The translations under genes were made by a program, and so were the position numbers. Positions 46,673-56,417 of a stretch of DNA of 64,000 bases are shown here, piece by piece; the stretch's first letter is position 1, and each line of letters begins with the position of its first letter. The stretch is from an uncultured archaeon (GTDB lineage: Archaea; Thermoplasmatota; Penumbrarchaeia; JASLWR01): assembly GCA_964342815.1 (NCBI GenBank), contig CAYFHS010000011.1, positions 591 through 64,590 on the forward strand, read 5' to 3'. The notes beneath the pieces were generated by a model. The model saw nothing but the letters and a program-made list of their open reading frames with translations. It did no database searches and was not told where the DNA came from.

Positions 46673-47923
46673 CTACCCCTTCACCGCGCCCTTTGTCATT
46701 CCCGACGTCAGATACCTCTGAAATACGATAAACATTACCACCACTGGAATGGACACCAGCACCGACATTGCCGAGAAGGTGCCCCACTGCTGCGAGCTTC
46801 CATCGATATACATGAATATTTTTACCGGCAGCGTGTAGTATTCCTCGTTCTGCATGAATGTATACGCGAGAACGTACTCGTTCCAGGCGCTCAGGAAAGC
46901 AAACAGCGCCGTCACCGCTATTGCGGGTTTTGCCAATGGCAGCATTATCTTTCTGAATATCTGCGAGTGCGAGTACCCGTCCACCCTTGCGGCTTCGATA
47001 AGATCGTCCGGAATTGTATCGAAGAAACCTTTCATGGTCCACACGCACAATGGCAGTGCCGTCACAGAATAGGCGGCGATGAGACCTATATAGCTGTCCA
47101 GAAGACCCAGGTTGTTCAGCAGAATGAAGTAGGGAATGATAATGATCACGCCTGGAAACATCTGGACAACGATGAATGATAGCAGAACTGATTTCTTGGC
47201 CTTGAAGCTGAATTTCGAGAGTGCGTAAGCCCCGGTGGTTGACAGGAATATCGTGAGAAAAGTGGTTCCCGCCGCGCATATCAACGAATTTATGAGGTAT
47301 CTGTGAAAGTTCTCCTCGAACATAACGTTTCGGTAGTGCTCGAAAGTAAGGTTAGAGGAGAATATCTGCAGCTCAGGGTCGAATAAATTGTTACCAGGTT
47401 TCAGCGACGTCCCAATGATCCAGATCACGGGGAATGTGGCTATGAGGACTGCAATGAAAAGAATGAAGTGAGTGGAAAGCGAACGGATGAATCCTGAAAT
47501 TTTAACAATTACGGGTGTACTTTTTATTCTTATGTACGGGGAAGTGAAATGCTGCTTTACCTCGTAGCGGCCCAGATACCAGAAAGTGAAAACCGTGATG
47601 ATGAAATGTATTAGGGTTACGGGGTCTCCCGGGGCTTGAGTCAGGTAAATGTAGAACGACGGCAGCATCATGGCCAGGCCTAGTAATCTACTGTACTCCC
47701 ACAGCAGCAGGACGCCTAGAGCCGATACGAAGATCAATAACGATAGTACCGCAAGAAAGATGGGCCCTGCCGTCAATGATACGTCCGAGATGAGCAAAAT
47801 AAGGCTGAGCGGTAACATGGATGAGATCAGAAGAAGGCCGAAGGAGGTGGCCCGTACGATACCCCTGTCCGGCGCAATGGATGAGATGATGCGCTCCCCG
47901 ATCTTTGCTTTTCCCCCGCTCAT
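46673..47923 (-). CDS. Sugar ABC transporter permease (MalG-like) with ~140-aa extra N-terminal membrane module
   Basis: EAA loop EAARVDGYSHSQIFRKIMLPLAKPA. Start overlaps the upstream stop (ATGA). Confidence 0.85.
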   Translation of the reverse strand: MSGGKAKIGERIISSIAPDRGIVRATSFGLLLISSMLPLSLILLISDVSLTAGPIFLAVLSLLIFVSALGVLLLWEYSRLLGLAMMLPSFYIYLTQAPGDPVTLIHFIITVFTFWYLGRYEVKQHFTSPYIRIKSTPVIVKISGFIRSLSTHFILFIAVLIATFPVIWIIGTSLKPGNNLFDPELQIFSSNLTFEHYRNVMFEENFHRYLINSLICAAGTTFLTIFLSTTGAYALSKFSFKAKKSVLLSFIVVQMFPGVIIIIPYFILLNNLGLLDSYIGLIAAYSVTALPLCVWTMKGFFDTIPDDLIEAARVDGYSHSQIFRKIMLPLAKPAIAVTALFAFLSAWNEYVLAYTFMQNEEYYTLPVKIFMYIDGSSQQWGTFSAMSVLVSIPVVVMFIVFQRYLTSGMTKGAVKG

Positions 47924-49719
47924 TTTCCCTCACCCCCGGCTTTGCTTATCTTCATGTAAACGATGCTGAAACTCAGGAGCATGAAAAATATAATGACGGA
48001 ATAGGCAGCCGCGAACCCGTAATCGTTGCCATCGAAGGCAGCGTTATATACATATGTGATCAGTATATCGGTCTTGCCTCCCGGCCCGCCGCCTGTAACC
48101 AGATAGATCACATTGAACATGTTGAAGGTCCAGATGAAGCTTAAGAGAGACGCCGGTATCACAGTTGGTTTTAGAAGGGGTAGTGTAATATGGCGGAACT
48201 GCTGCCATCTCGAGATCCCGTCCACTCTTGCCGCTTCGTAGAGGTCATCCGGTATGCTCTTGAGACCCCCTGAGAACACCATCACCATGAAAGGGATGCC
48301 CAACCACACGTTTGTGATAACGCAGGCCCAGAACGCATATGGCATCTTGTCCAGCCACTGTATCGGCTCCATTCCGAAAAAACCGATAATGTGATTTACC
48401 GCTCCGAAATCGTGGTGGAACATACCCTTCCAGATAAGACAGCTGATATAGGCTGGCATTGCCCAGGGTAGAAGAAGAAACGTTCTGTACAGTACTTTAC
48501 CCCGAAGTTTTTTATTGTTCAGTAGAAGTGCGAGGCCCAGGCCGATGACCATGGTAAGCGCTACGTTCACTATTGTCCACGCAAATGTGTTCAGTGTCAC
48601 GTCCCAGAACTTGTCCATCTTGATATCGTCGCCGAATATGTCCACATAGTTATCGATACCAATAAAATCGTATTCGAATATATGACCCCCGCCCATGTTG
48701 GTGAATGATATGTAGAATCCGTAACCTACGGGGTAGAAGGTCAGGGCCGCGAGGGCCAGAACTGCCGGTGCAACGTAGAGATACGGCCTCAGCGGGTCTT
48801 TGATCTTTTCCCGTATCCGTTTTAACCTTTTTCCCGGTGCCGCGACGAGCAGCACTATGCTTATGATGAGAACAAGAAAAACCGGTAGTGCCAGTGCGAG
48901 ACAGATATTGCTTGCTTCGGGAGGCGCGACAGGTATTGCACTGATCAAGGTTTCATTTTCTTCGAGAGTCAGGTTCTCATTCCCGTATTTATCCAGAGTG
49001 GTGACAGCAAGCCAGTATTTTCGTCCGTTTACAAGGTTTGAGATGTTCCGTTCGTATATCTCGGGCAGCCGCTCGCTCTCGTTTTCCCAATCCAACATAC
49101 CCTGCCATTCCTCGTAGACCTGCATATTGGATAATTTGTCCGGCTGGTCCCCTTGGCTTATATAGATTTTCAGGGAATTTCTTTGGGGTATGGCAGGTCC
49201 CTTGCTCTCCGCGTAATCAAATTCTGGCCACGGGTCCCAGACAAGCCGCACCTCTCCGCTTATGAGACCCACCTCAACCGTGAGTCCTTTTACTGCCTCG
49301 GGAGGAGTTCTATCGGTTTTGACGTTCACCTTGTCAGTAGTACTGGCACCGGTAATTTCTGTGAGCCGGGCCTTAATGCTGACGTTTCCCTCCGGCAGTT
49401 CCACAGTGCAGCTCCACTTTGAAGTTCCGTCGCATAGTTTCCACTCCCCCTCGTTCACCCTGACATGCACCGCAGAGATTCCGTCCGGAGAGAACGCTAT
49501 CCCGCTAATCTCGATGTTCTTAACGTTAATAACGTTGTCGAACATACTGCTGTAAGGGGACGGCGAGCTAATCTCCACGGACGCATTGTCAGCGCGGCTC
49601 GCTGCAGTGCCCGGCTCGGATCCGGCCAGCGGGATAGCAATGACCAATAAAAGGAGAATCAGTGCCATGAGGCGTGGTAACGCTTTTTGCAGCCCGGCAC
49701 GATTCCCCTCATCCTTCAT
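47920..49719 (-). CDS. Sugar ABC transporter permease (MalF-like) with ~290-aa N-terminal extracytoplasmic Ig/FN3-like module
   Basis: EAA loop EAARVDGISRWQQFRHITLPLLKP. N-terminal signal anchor followed by a beta-rich region (GISAVHVRVNEGEWKLCDGTSKWSCTVELPEGNVSI). Confidence 0.85.
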   Translation of the reverse strand: MKDEGNRAGLQKALPRLMALILLLLVIAIPLAGSEPGTAASRADNASVEISSPSPYSSMFDNVINVKNIEISGIAFSPDGISAVHVRVNEGEWKLCDGTSKWSCTVELPEGNVSIKARLTEITGASTTDKVNVKTDRTPPEAVKGLTVEVGLISGEVRLVWDPWPEFDYAESKGPAIPQRNSLKIYISQGDQPDKLSNMQVYEEWQGMLDWENESERLPEIYERNISNLVNGRKYWLAVTTLDKYGNENLTLEENETLISAIPVAPPEASNICLALALPVFLVLIISIVLLVAAPGKRLKRIREKIKDPLRPYLYVAPAVLALAALTFYPVGYGFYISFTNMGGGHIFEYDFIGIDNYVDIFGDDIKMDKFWDVTLNTFAWTIVNVALTMVIGLGLALLLNNKKLRGKVLYRTFLLLPWAMPAYISCLIWKGMFHHDFGAVNHIIGFFGMEPIQWLDKMPYAFWACVITNVWLGIPFMVMVFSGGLKSIPDDLYEAARVDGISRWQQFRHITLPLLKPTVIPASLLSFIWTFNMFNVIYLVTGGGPGGKTDILITYVYNAAFDGNDYGFAAAYSVIIFFMLLSFSIVYMKISKAGGEGK

Positions 49720-49741
49720 TTACGACACCTTCTGCTTGTTC

Positions 49742-51073
49742 TCATCCCTCTATCTTGCTTTCGATCTCCTTTTGCGCGTCGGCGAGAGCCTTGTCAGCCG
49801 TTTTATCGCCACTGTAGATCAGTTGAAGGGCGTCGGTAAGGGGTCCCCAAATCTCGGACATCTCAGGGCGACTGGGGGCCTGCTGGCCAAGTTCTGCCTG
49901 CGCCAGAAAACCCTGTATCACATCATTTTGCATAATTTTCTCTTCTCCGTAAACGGATTTGACGCTGGGAAGCGTGTCCGATACAAGAGCGAAACCCTTT
50001 GTCACTTTATGCGACGTCAGGTACTGGATGAGCCGGTAGGCTTCGAGCTTGTGCGGAGAGTCCTTGGAGATCACGTAGCCCTTAACCCCCACCAGGGGAG
50101 CGCAGTACCTGTCGTTTGCAGGGTTCTTCGGGAACGTCGCGATACCGTGGTCTATATCTGCCGCTTTGATATCCTCGATATTCCAGGGGCCCGTGGCGAT
50201 CATGGCCGCCTTCTGTTCTGTAAAAAGGCTCATCATTAAATTCTTCTCCGCCCCGCCCTTGGGCATGACCCCGTGCTTTTCTTCGAGATCGAAAATGTAG
50301 TTTGTGGCATCAACCGATGCTGGCGAGTATATGGTCGGAGAACCGTCTTCACTAAAAATCGTACCGCCGAAGCCGTGCTGAAACATGAACCACCAGTAAG
50401 CGTCTGTTATCGGCATGACGAAACCGTGCTTGTCCCCGTAGGTGAGGGCCTTGGCCATGGTAACCAACTCATCGAGATCGGCAGGCGGTTCCTCATAACC
50501 TTTTTGTGACAGCATGGCCTTGTTGTACACCAGAGCAATGGAATCGTAGGATGCGGGAAGGGCGTAACGGCTTCCCTTGTATTTCATTGCATTCATGGCC
50601 ATTGGCACGAAGCTGTCGAGAGTTGTAACACTGATATACTGGTCCAGAGGGGCGATGAGGCCCAGGACCGCCAGTTCGCCCAACCTGTCGTTGGGAACCC
50701 TCATGACATCAGGTGCTATACCGCCAATGGAGGCAGTCCTGAACTTGTTGATGGCGTCCGAATATGTCTGCTGCTGCACATCCACTTTGATATTGGGATT
50801 CTCCCGCTCGAAATCCTTCACGGTTTTTTTTATCAGTTCGACCTCTTTAGCATACTGGAAAGTGTGCCAGAACACAAGTTTCACGGTCCCGGCAGGACCG
50901 CCGTCGATACCGTCGTCTCCATCACCATCATCATCAGTCACATTGCCATTATCTATACTCAGAATGTCGATTCCGGTCCGGATTGTTTCTCCCTCCTGCT
51001 TTCCCATGCACATGGTCATGGAAGTAACTGTAATGAAGATCACGATGATAGTAAAGAAAGGTTTCAGTCTCAC
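49742..51073 (-). CDS. Sugar ABC transporter substrate-binding protein (family 1), lipoprotein-like
   Basis: ORF 49742..51133. GTG 51073 (SD-like GGGGGTGA 5 nt upstream, 1 nt after the GH57 TAG) gives MRLKPFFTIIVIFITVTSMTMC. The alternative ATG 51091 would overlap the upstream gene. Confidence 0.8.
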   Translation of the reverse strand: MRLKPFFTIIVIFITVTSMTMCMGKQEGETIRTGIDILSIDNGNVTDDDGDGDDGIDGGPAGTVKLVFWHTFQYAKEVELIKKTVKDFERENPNIKVDVQQQTYSDAINKFRTASIGGIAPDVMRVPNDRLGELAVLGLIAPLDQYISVTTLDSFVPMAMNAMKYKGSRYALPASYDSIALVYNKAMLSQKGYEEPPADLDELVTMAKALTYGDKHGFVMPITDAYWWFMFQHGFGGTIFSEDGSPTIYSPASVDATNYIFDLEEKHGVMPKGGAEKNLMMSLFTEQKAAMIATGPWNIEDIKAADIDHGIATFPKNPANDRYCAPLVGVKGYVISKDSPHKLEAYRLIQYLTSHKVTKGFALVSDTLPSVKSVYGEEKIMQNDVIQGFLAQAELGQQAPSRPEMSEIWGPLTDALQLIYSGDKTADKALADAQKEIESKIEG

Positions 51074-51074
51074 T

Positions 51075-54000
51075 CTAATCACCCCCTCCATTTCTCCGGT
51101 TTTTTTTCTTCTCCAACCGGTTTTGCTCGTCACGGATCTTTTTTGAGACCTGCATGATAAATATCACAAGAATTCCGATGGTAATACCGCTTATGACCAG
51201 AACATACAAAAATATATTCGTCCCATCACTTTCGGGTGGAATCTCAACACTTGTCTCTTCGGACAAGGCATCGATATTGTCTGGAAGCGGCGGCCCGGAA
51301 CTGTCCAATGCAACAAGGAATTCCATGTCTACGGTGTCACCAGCATTGGCTCCACCCGGCGGGTCCGGTGTGTTTTCCACCACTAGAAAATAGCTGCCGT
51401 CGCGAGGTATTATCAATATGTAGGACACTTGGCCCACGTTCAGGCGTGATGCGGCTTCAAGGAAGGTATATTCTATTACGTCCGGTGATTTTTCAAATTT
51501 ATAATTTTGGAAATTCGAATCGTCGAATAGAAGAACATCCACCTTTCCGCTGGCGACGGTAAGTTCGACATGCACCCGAACGCCCTTTTTGCAGTCGGGT
51601 AGCTCCACGTAACCGTAACTGTTTTCCGCCAGGGTAAAACTACGCTGATGGATTTTTTGCGGGTACGCACCCCAGCTAACGTTTTCGCCGTTTAATCCCT
51701 GAAGCTCTGAGCCACGCTCCACTGTAATTTGATAGGATACAGTTGCATTCACACCGGGCACGGGCATTCCACCGCCCAAGGGTGCCGCGGTATAATCGAA
51801 AACCACGGAGTAGCTTCCGTCCAATGGTATTTTAAAGGAAAACGCGATATTTCCAAGGACGGCAAACCGCGAGGGATCCGAATAAAATTTGTAATAATCG
51901 TTTGTCTCCAAGGCGTTTTCATATTTTAGAAATTCGTTTTTTTCCAGTACCAGCACATCCACAGATGCGTTACCGATCCGGCCGGTTACAGATAAAAGAT
52001 CATCCGTATTCAGGTCGTCGAAGGTCTGTGCGTGGTACGTTCCGTATTTCAATGTTAGTCCGTCCACACTTTTTTCAGTAAAGGTTCCCTCATCACCCGG
52101 CCATGAACCGCTTCCATCATCGTCATTCGTTGCAGCCAGAAAAGATCTGATGGGCGTGGAATTTTGATTTCCCGATGAATCCTCCACACGTATTAGATAA
52201 TAGTATTTTGCGCCAGGAACCAGCCTGGTGACTGTGACCGAGTGGGATTTGCGGAAACCGTCGGACGATCCTCCGGAGGCAAGTTCATTCTCAGACTCAC
52301 CAATTTCCACAAGACCGGTCGCCAGTTCATCGGTGAGCCAGTGTATCTCAGCCGCCGTTTCGTTTAGCATGTCCGCTCCCGGAAGGATTATCATTGGGGG
52401 GTTCGTATCCATGGACGCGGTGGTATTGAAGGTGAATATGTCTGAATAATATAAGTCCCCGTCTGCCCCGTCGCGGGAAGCTACCTTGTAGTGGTATGTG
52501 GTATTGGCTGCGAGTCCCGAAAGTATTACCGTATGAGAAGTGTTGGTCCCTTTATCCTCGTTCGTTGCTGTTCCGAGAGTGGCGGAAGTACCAAATTCCA
52601 CCATGGAAGTGCCCGGCTTCGTGGTCTGCCAGCCAATTATTGCACCGGAAGCGGTCTGTCCCTTGGTCTTGACTCCGAATATCTGCTGCTCCATCTCAGG
52701 TATCTCGATACCCGGTATACGGGCGTATTTTTTCTCCGGCACGCTGTAACTTGATATGATCGTGCTCTGTTTGCTTTCGTCTTCTTCGGATAGTACCGCA
52801 TCGATAATACCCGGATCGTAGTCTTTGCCGTCAGCAGCATTTGGGGCCGCTCCTCCACCCAGGGTCCACACGCCCGGTTCATCATCCACATCTCTGAATT
52901 TACCCGTACCGAAACCGTCCTGGCTCCCTACCACTATAACATAACCGTAATCGGCTACGTCGCTGCCTACAAGGGATTTCGAAGCAATTATCTCGATTTT
53001 TTTTGTTTCTTCGTTCCCGCTTGCCTCACACCCGGCCGAAAGCTTTTCTCCGGTTTCTTTTTGTACGAATATAGCGTCGCCGGTTGCGGAAACAGCCACC
53101 TCCCATGCGAAATCCGGAGTAACTTCTGCGTTGGCTCCTGGTAACATTTCGAGATTTCCACTCCCGCTGATCCGATCCTGGTCGATGTATATCTGGATTA
53201 TCTCGTGACAGAATCCCTGTCTCATGTGCCATACGTTTGTCATTTCGGCAAATTCCAGCCTGAAAATAAGATCATATTCGGTTGCCGATATCTCGGTGGA
53301 AACTATGTCCCAGAGCCCTTTGTGGGGCGCGAAATCGCTGGCTAGAGGGTAGCTGTAATCGCCGTCACCCGTTTCGTCCCCTAAAGTATCCGGAATAGAT
53401 AGAAGAACAACTTCGGGTGAGATGTCTCTTGGTATTCTTATGGACATGGGCAGTTTCGGCGCTATATCATGCTCCGTCTTAGAGGAAGCGTTTGCCGTAA
53501 CTACACGAAGCCGGAACTCGTCGCCGGCGGAAAGACCCAAAGTTTTGAAGGGGACGGCCCATTCGATTGCGTCGTTCAGGGCAACGGTATCACCGGTCAG
53601 ATCCAGTTTATAGACCCAGTTTTCCTTTCCATCGGCCTCGTATACGGCAAACTTCGCTCTTCCATTGCTCAGAACCTCGCCGGGGAGCAGCTTGATTCGC
53701 AGTTTTGCCGGGTAGTTCAGCGGGGCCTTGCCGTATTTCGTTATGTAGTTTGTGGAAAAGATGTTCATGTCTCTGGCGTTTGGCGCTCCCACGTACAGCG
53801 AAATATCCGCGTCCTCGTTCTTCCACATGTATTTCAGGTCATCTTCAGATAGATCGATTCTTACAAATAAATTCCTTGAACTGTAACCCACGTTCATTTC
53901 CCTTATGTCCCATGGTGCATCCACTGCTTCATCGTCCCTGTCGGAAAAACGGTAAGAACCTTCCCACTCGCCGGGTATTGAAAAACCGTCTATACCCGGA

Positions 54001-56417
54001 TCGATGACGTCGCTTGCCCGAACCGAAGGAATCTCGGGAGGAAGCCACAGGTTTTTCAGGTACGGGGGAAATTCCTCGCCAAGTGACGTATATACATTCA
54101 TTAGGTGAACCTTGAAAAGCTCGTCCCACAGCTCGTCGTACCCGCTGTCCTGGTCCAGCCCGTACCACCAGAACCAGTCACTCCCTTCGGCGGCGAAAAT
54201 GCTTTTCCACGCGGCGGGGAGCGCAGGGTCCGAGGGATTGTCCCTCTCTCTAGTAACAACAAGTTCCCTTGCGGCGATCAAACGCTCCCATGCTAAACTT
54301 TCTTCTTCTTCACCGGACCACGTGCTCATTGTACCGTCGATCCAGGAGCCCGCACCGTTTGGACAGTCCCGGGCAAGGACGTCTATGGTATCAGTAGCTG
54401 GGTTCGGAGGGTGGTTCTGAATGTGATCCCAGACACCCACAGTGCGGATCCAGTCCGTGTTCTCCAGGCGGCCGTACAGTTCGTCCATGAAGGTCCTGCC
54501 GTTGTCACGCTCCTCAAAGGACATGAACATCCAGTTCTCCCCGTCCAGAGCCACTGTCAGGAGGGAGGAACCGGGATCCGTTAGTGAGTCTCTTACGCCC
54601 TTCACGTAATCCAGAAAATCGTCCACGGCGGCGGAAGCATCCATCTTTCCGTACTGCCAAGCGATCCTGTCTGAAATTACCCTGTCCCGAAAGATTATTT
54701 TTATTTCTTTTCCATTGTTCTCAACTATGTAGGGTTTGCATAATATATTGTTGTCACTTATCTCGAAGCCGCTCTTTTCCAGCACCATCTCGTCGGATAT
54801 CATCCATTTTATACCTGTGTCCGCAATGGGTTCGATCACATCTTCCGAGACAGACTGTTCCGAAGGCCAGAGACCCACGGGATCTTCTCCAAAATGTTCG
54901 TTGTAAATGTCTTTGGCCATTCCCATGTGTGATACGGTATCCTGGTACCATGCCTCCTTGTAGATGTAACGTCCCTGCTCGTTCGACCATCCCGGCATCA
55001 TCAAAAGGGGCATTATGGGATGGGAGTACGGCGAGGTTATGATCTCGGCCTGCCCCGCGTCGCGGGCCTCGGCATATACTCCCAAAAGTTCGTCCAGCAT
55101 GCTTGTTTGTTTTGCCAGAATGTAGTCGAGGTCGGTCTGGGTGAATCCACCGAATTTGTCGTAGAGGACCATGATCGTATCGTCCCGCTCATCAATGTCA
55201 TAGCGACCCTCAGCGTACCAGGGACTTATCTGGAAGAGGTGATAAAGAACCATAAGATCGAAGAGTTCATTGTCAGGAAGAAGCGTATCGTCCATAATGG
55301 TTTCCGGGGTGAGATTGTGCATGGTTTTGTTATGCAGGTAATGATAGTACCGCGAGGCTTCATTTGGCAGGTTGTACTGCCAGCTTGGCACCCAGAAGAA
55401 TTCGAACTGCATCTCGTGTTTTTCAAGCTCAGTCAAATTCCCAATTCCTTTCAAAAGCCACAGAGTGTTCCGGTCCAGGATGTCGTTGTTGGCGTAATCC
55501 TCGATCTGCTCCATGAGAGAAGGCACGATATTGAAAGTCACCTTTACGCCGGGGTGCTCCATGAGTATTTTCGGGGAATCCAGATATTCCTGTGATCCGT
55601 GTACTCTCACCCATGGCATTTCATATTTGCCGGTAAGAACGTTCTTGTAATAGGGCTGGTGCTGGTGCCACACTATGGCGAGGTTCAATGCGTCCTCGCG
55701 GGGTTCCACCCCTCCGGTTTTTTCCTTTATCTCAATCGTATCTGGAGATATACCTTCGGTAATTGAAGGAATATGATAATAATGGGTAAATACCTCGCTG
55801 CCAGCACCTCTTGCCGGGTTACCCACTGGGAACGATGCCCAAACGTTTACGGCCTCCTCCCACTGGGCAAAGATCATTATATCGAGACCGGAATCAAGGT
55901 CTACTACAGTCCTGTTTATGGCGATCTCGGTAACGGGATTTCCGCTCCAACCGATATGCGGCGCTGGTGATCCGAAGTTATTATTGTCGCGAATCACGTT
56001 CCAGCTGCCTCCGGAAAACTCCCGTAGATCATAGTAGACGGAGTCATCCACTGCCAGAGCATAATCCGCATCGAAGGGTAGCGAATGAATACCGTCCCAG
56101 TCAATGGAGCTGTAACTGCCCCCCGAACTGGTATTGAGATACACGAATAAATTACCGTCAGTACTCCAGTCGGTACCGTCCCAACCGATGTATAGATTTG
56201 CGTCATCCCATGTGAGATAAAAGACCTTTGTTGCATCTGTTCCCATACGCTCGTCCGCAGCCCAGTCGCCAAGGTCCCCGTCAGGTGTAATTGAATTATA
56301 AGAGTCCGCGTGGGCCGACGGGTTCATATTTGCAAGGAATGGCATAACCAGTGATATCACAATAATAATCAAAACATATCCGGAGATATTTTTCCGTCCT
56401 TCATTTCCCAGCTTCAT
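51075..56417 (-). CDS. Giant membrane-anchored GH57 glycoside hydrolase (amylopullulanase-like) with accessory modules
   Basis: 1780 aa. VWHQHQPYY, WPSEQSVSEDV (nucleophile Glu region), ALDGENWMF (acid/base Asp region). Glucodextranase-C-like DETGDGDYSYPLASDF...IQIYIDQD. FN3-like repeats. C-terminal TM IFLYVLVISGITIGILVIFIM + basic tail. Confidence 0.85.
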   Translation of the reverse strand: MKLGNEGRKNISGYVLIIIVISLVMPFLANMNPSAHADSYNSITPDGDLGDWAADERMGTDATKVFYLTWDDANLYIGWDGTDWSTDGNLFVYLNTSSGGSYSSIDWDGIHSLPFDADYALAVDDSVYYDLREFSGGSWNVIRDNNNFGSPAPHIGWSGNPVTEIAINRTVVDLDSGLDIMIFAQWEEAVNVWASFPVGNPARGAGSEVFTHYYHIPSITEGISPDTIEIKEKTGGVEPREDALNLAIVWHQHQPYYKNVLTGKYEMPWVRVHGSQEYLDSPKILMEHPGVKVTFNIVPSLMEQIEDYANNDILDRNTLWLLKGIGNLTELEKHEMQFEFFWVPSWQYNLPNEASRYYHYLHNKTMHNLTPETIMDDTLLPDNELFDLMVLYHLFQISPWYAEGRYDIDERDDTIMVLYDKFGGFTQTDLDYILAKQTSMLDELLGVYAEARDAGQAEIITSPYSHPIMPLLMMPGWSNEQGRYIYKEAWYQDTVSHMGMAKDIYNEHFGEDPVGLWPSEQSVSEDVIEPIADTGIKWMISDEMVLEKSGFEISDNNILCKPYIVENNGKEIKIIFRDRVISDRIAWQYGKMDASAAVDDFLDYVKGVRDSLTDPGSSLLTVALDGENWMFMSFEERDNGRTFMDELYGRLENTDWIRTVGVWDHIQNHPPNPATDTIDVLARDCPNGAGSWIDGTMSTWSGEEEESLAWERLIAARELVVTRERDNPSDPALPAAWKSIFAAEGSDWFWWYGLDQDSGYDELWDELFKVHLMNVYTSLGEEFPPYLKNLWLPPEIPSVRASDVIDPGIDGFSIPGEWEGSYRFSDRDDEAVDAPWDIREMNVGYSSRNLFVRIDLSEDDLKYMWKNEDADISLYVGAPNARDMNIFSTNYITKYGKAPLNYPAKLRIKLLPGEVLSNGRAKFAVYEADGKENWVYKLDLTGDTVALNDAIEWAVPFKTLGLSAGDEFRLRVVTANASSKTEHDIAPKLPMSIRIPRDISPEVVLLSIPDTLGDETGDGDYSYPLASDFAPHKGLWDIVSTEISATEYDLIFRLEFAEMTNVWHMRQGFCHEIIQIYIDQDRISGSGNLEMLPGANAEVTPDFAWEVAVSATGDAIFVQKETGEKLSAGCEASGNEETKKIEIIASKSLVGSDVADYGYVIVVGSQDGFGTGKFRDVDDEPGVWTLGGGAAPNAADGKDYDPGIIDAVLSEEDESKQSTIISSYSVPEKKYARIPGIEIPEMEQQIFGVKTKGQTASGAIIGWQTTKPGTSMVEFGTSATLGTATNEDKGTNTSHTVILSGLAANTTYHYKVASRDGADGDLYYSDIFTFNTTASMDTNPPMIILPGADMLNETAAEIHWLTDELATGLVEIGESENELASGGSSDGFRKSHSVTVTRLVPGAKYYYLIRVEDSSGNQNSTPIRSFLAATNDDDGSGSWPGDEGTFTEKSVDGLTLKYGTYHAQTFDDLNTDDLLSVTGRIGNASVDVLVLEKNEFLKYENALETNDYYKFYSDPSRFAVLGNIAFSFKIPLDGSYSVVFDYTAAPLGGGMPVPGVNATVSYQITVERGSELQGLNGENVSWGAYPQKIHQRSFTLAENSYGYVELPDCKKGVRVHVELTVASGKVDVLLFDDSNFQNYKFEKSPDVIEYTFLEAASRLNVGQVSYILIIPRDGSYFLVVENTPDPPGGANAGDTVDMEFLVALDSSGPPLPDNIDALSEETSVEIPPESDGTNIFLYVLVISGITIGILVIFIMQVSKKIRDEQNRLEKKKNRRNGGGD

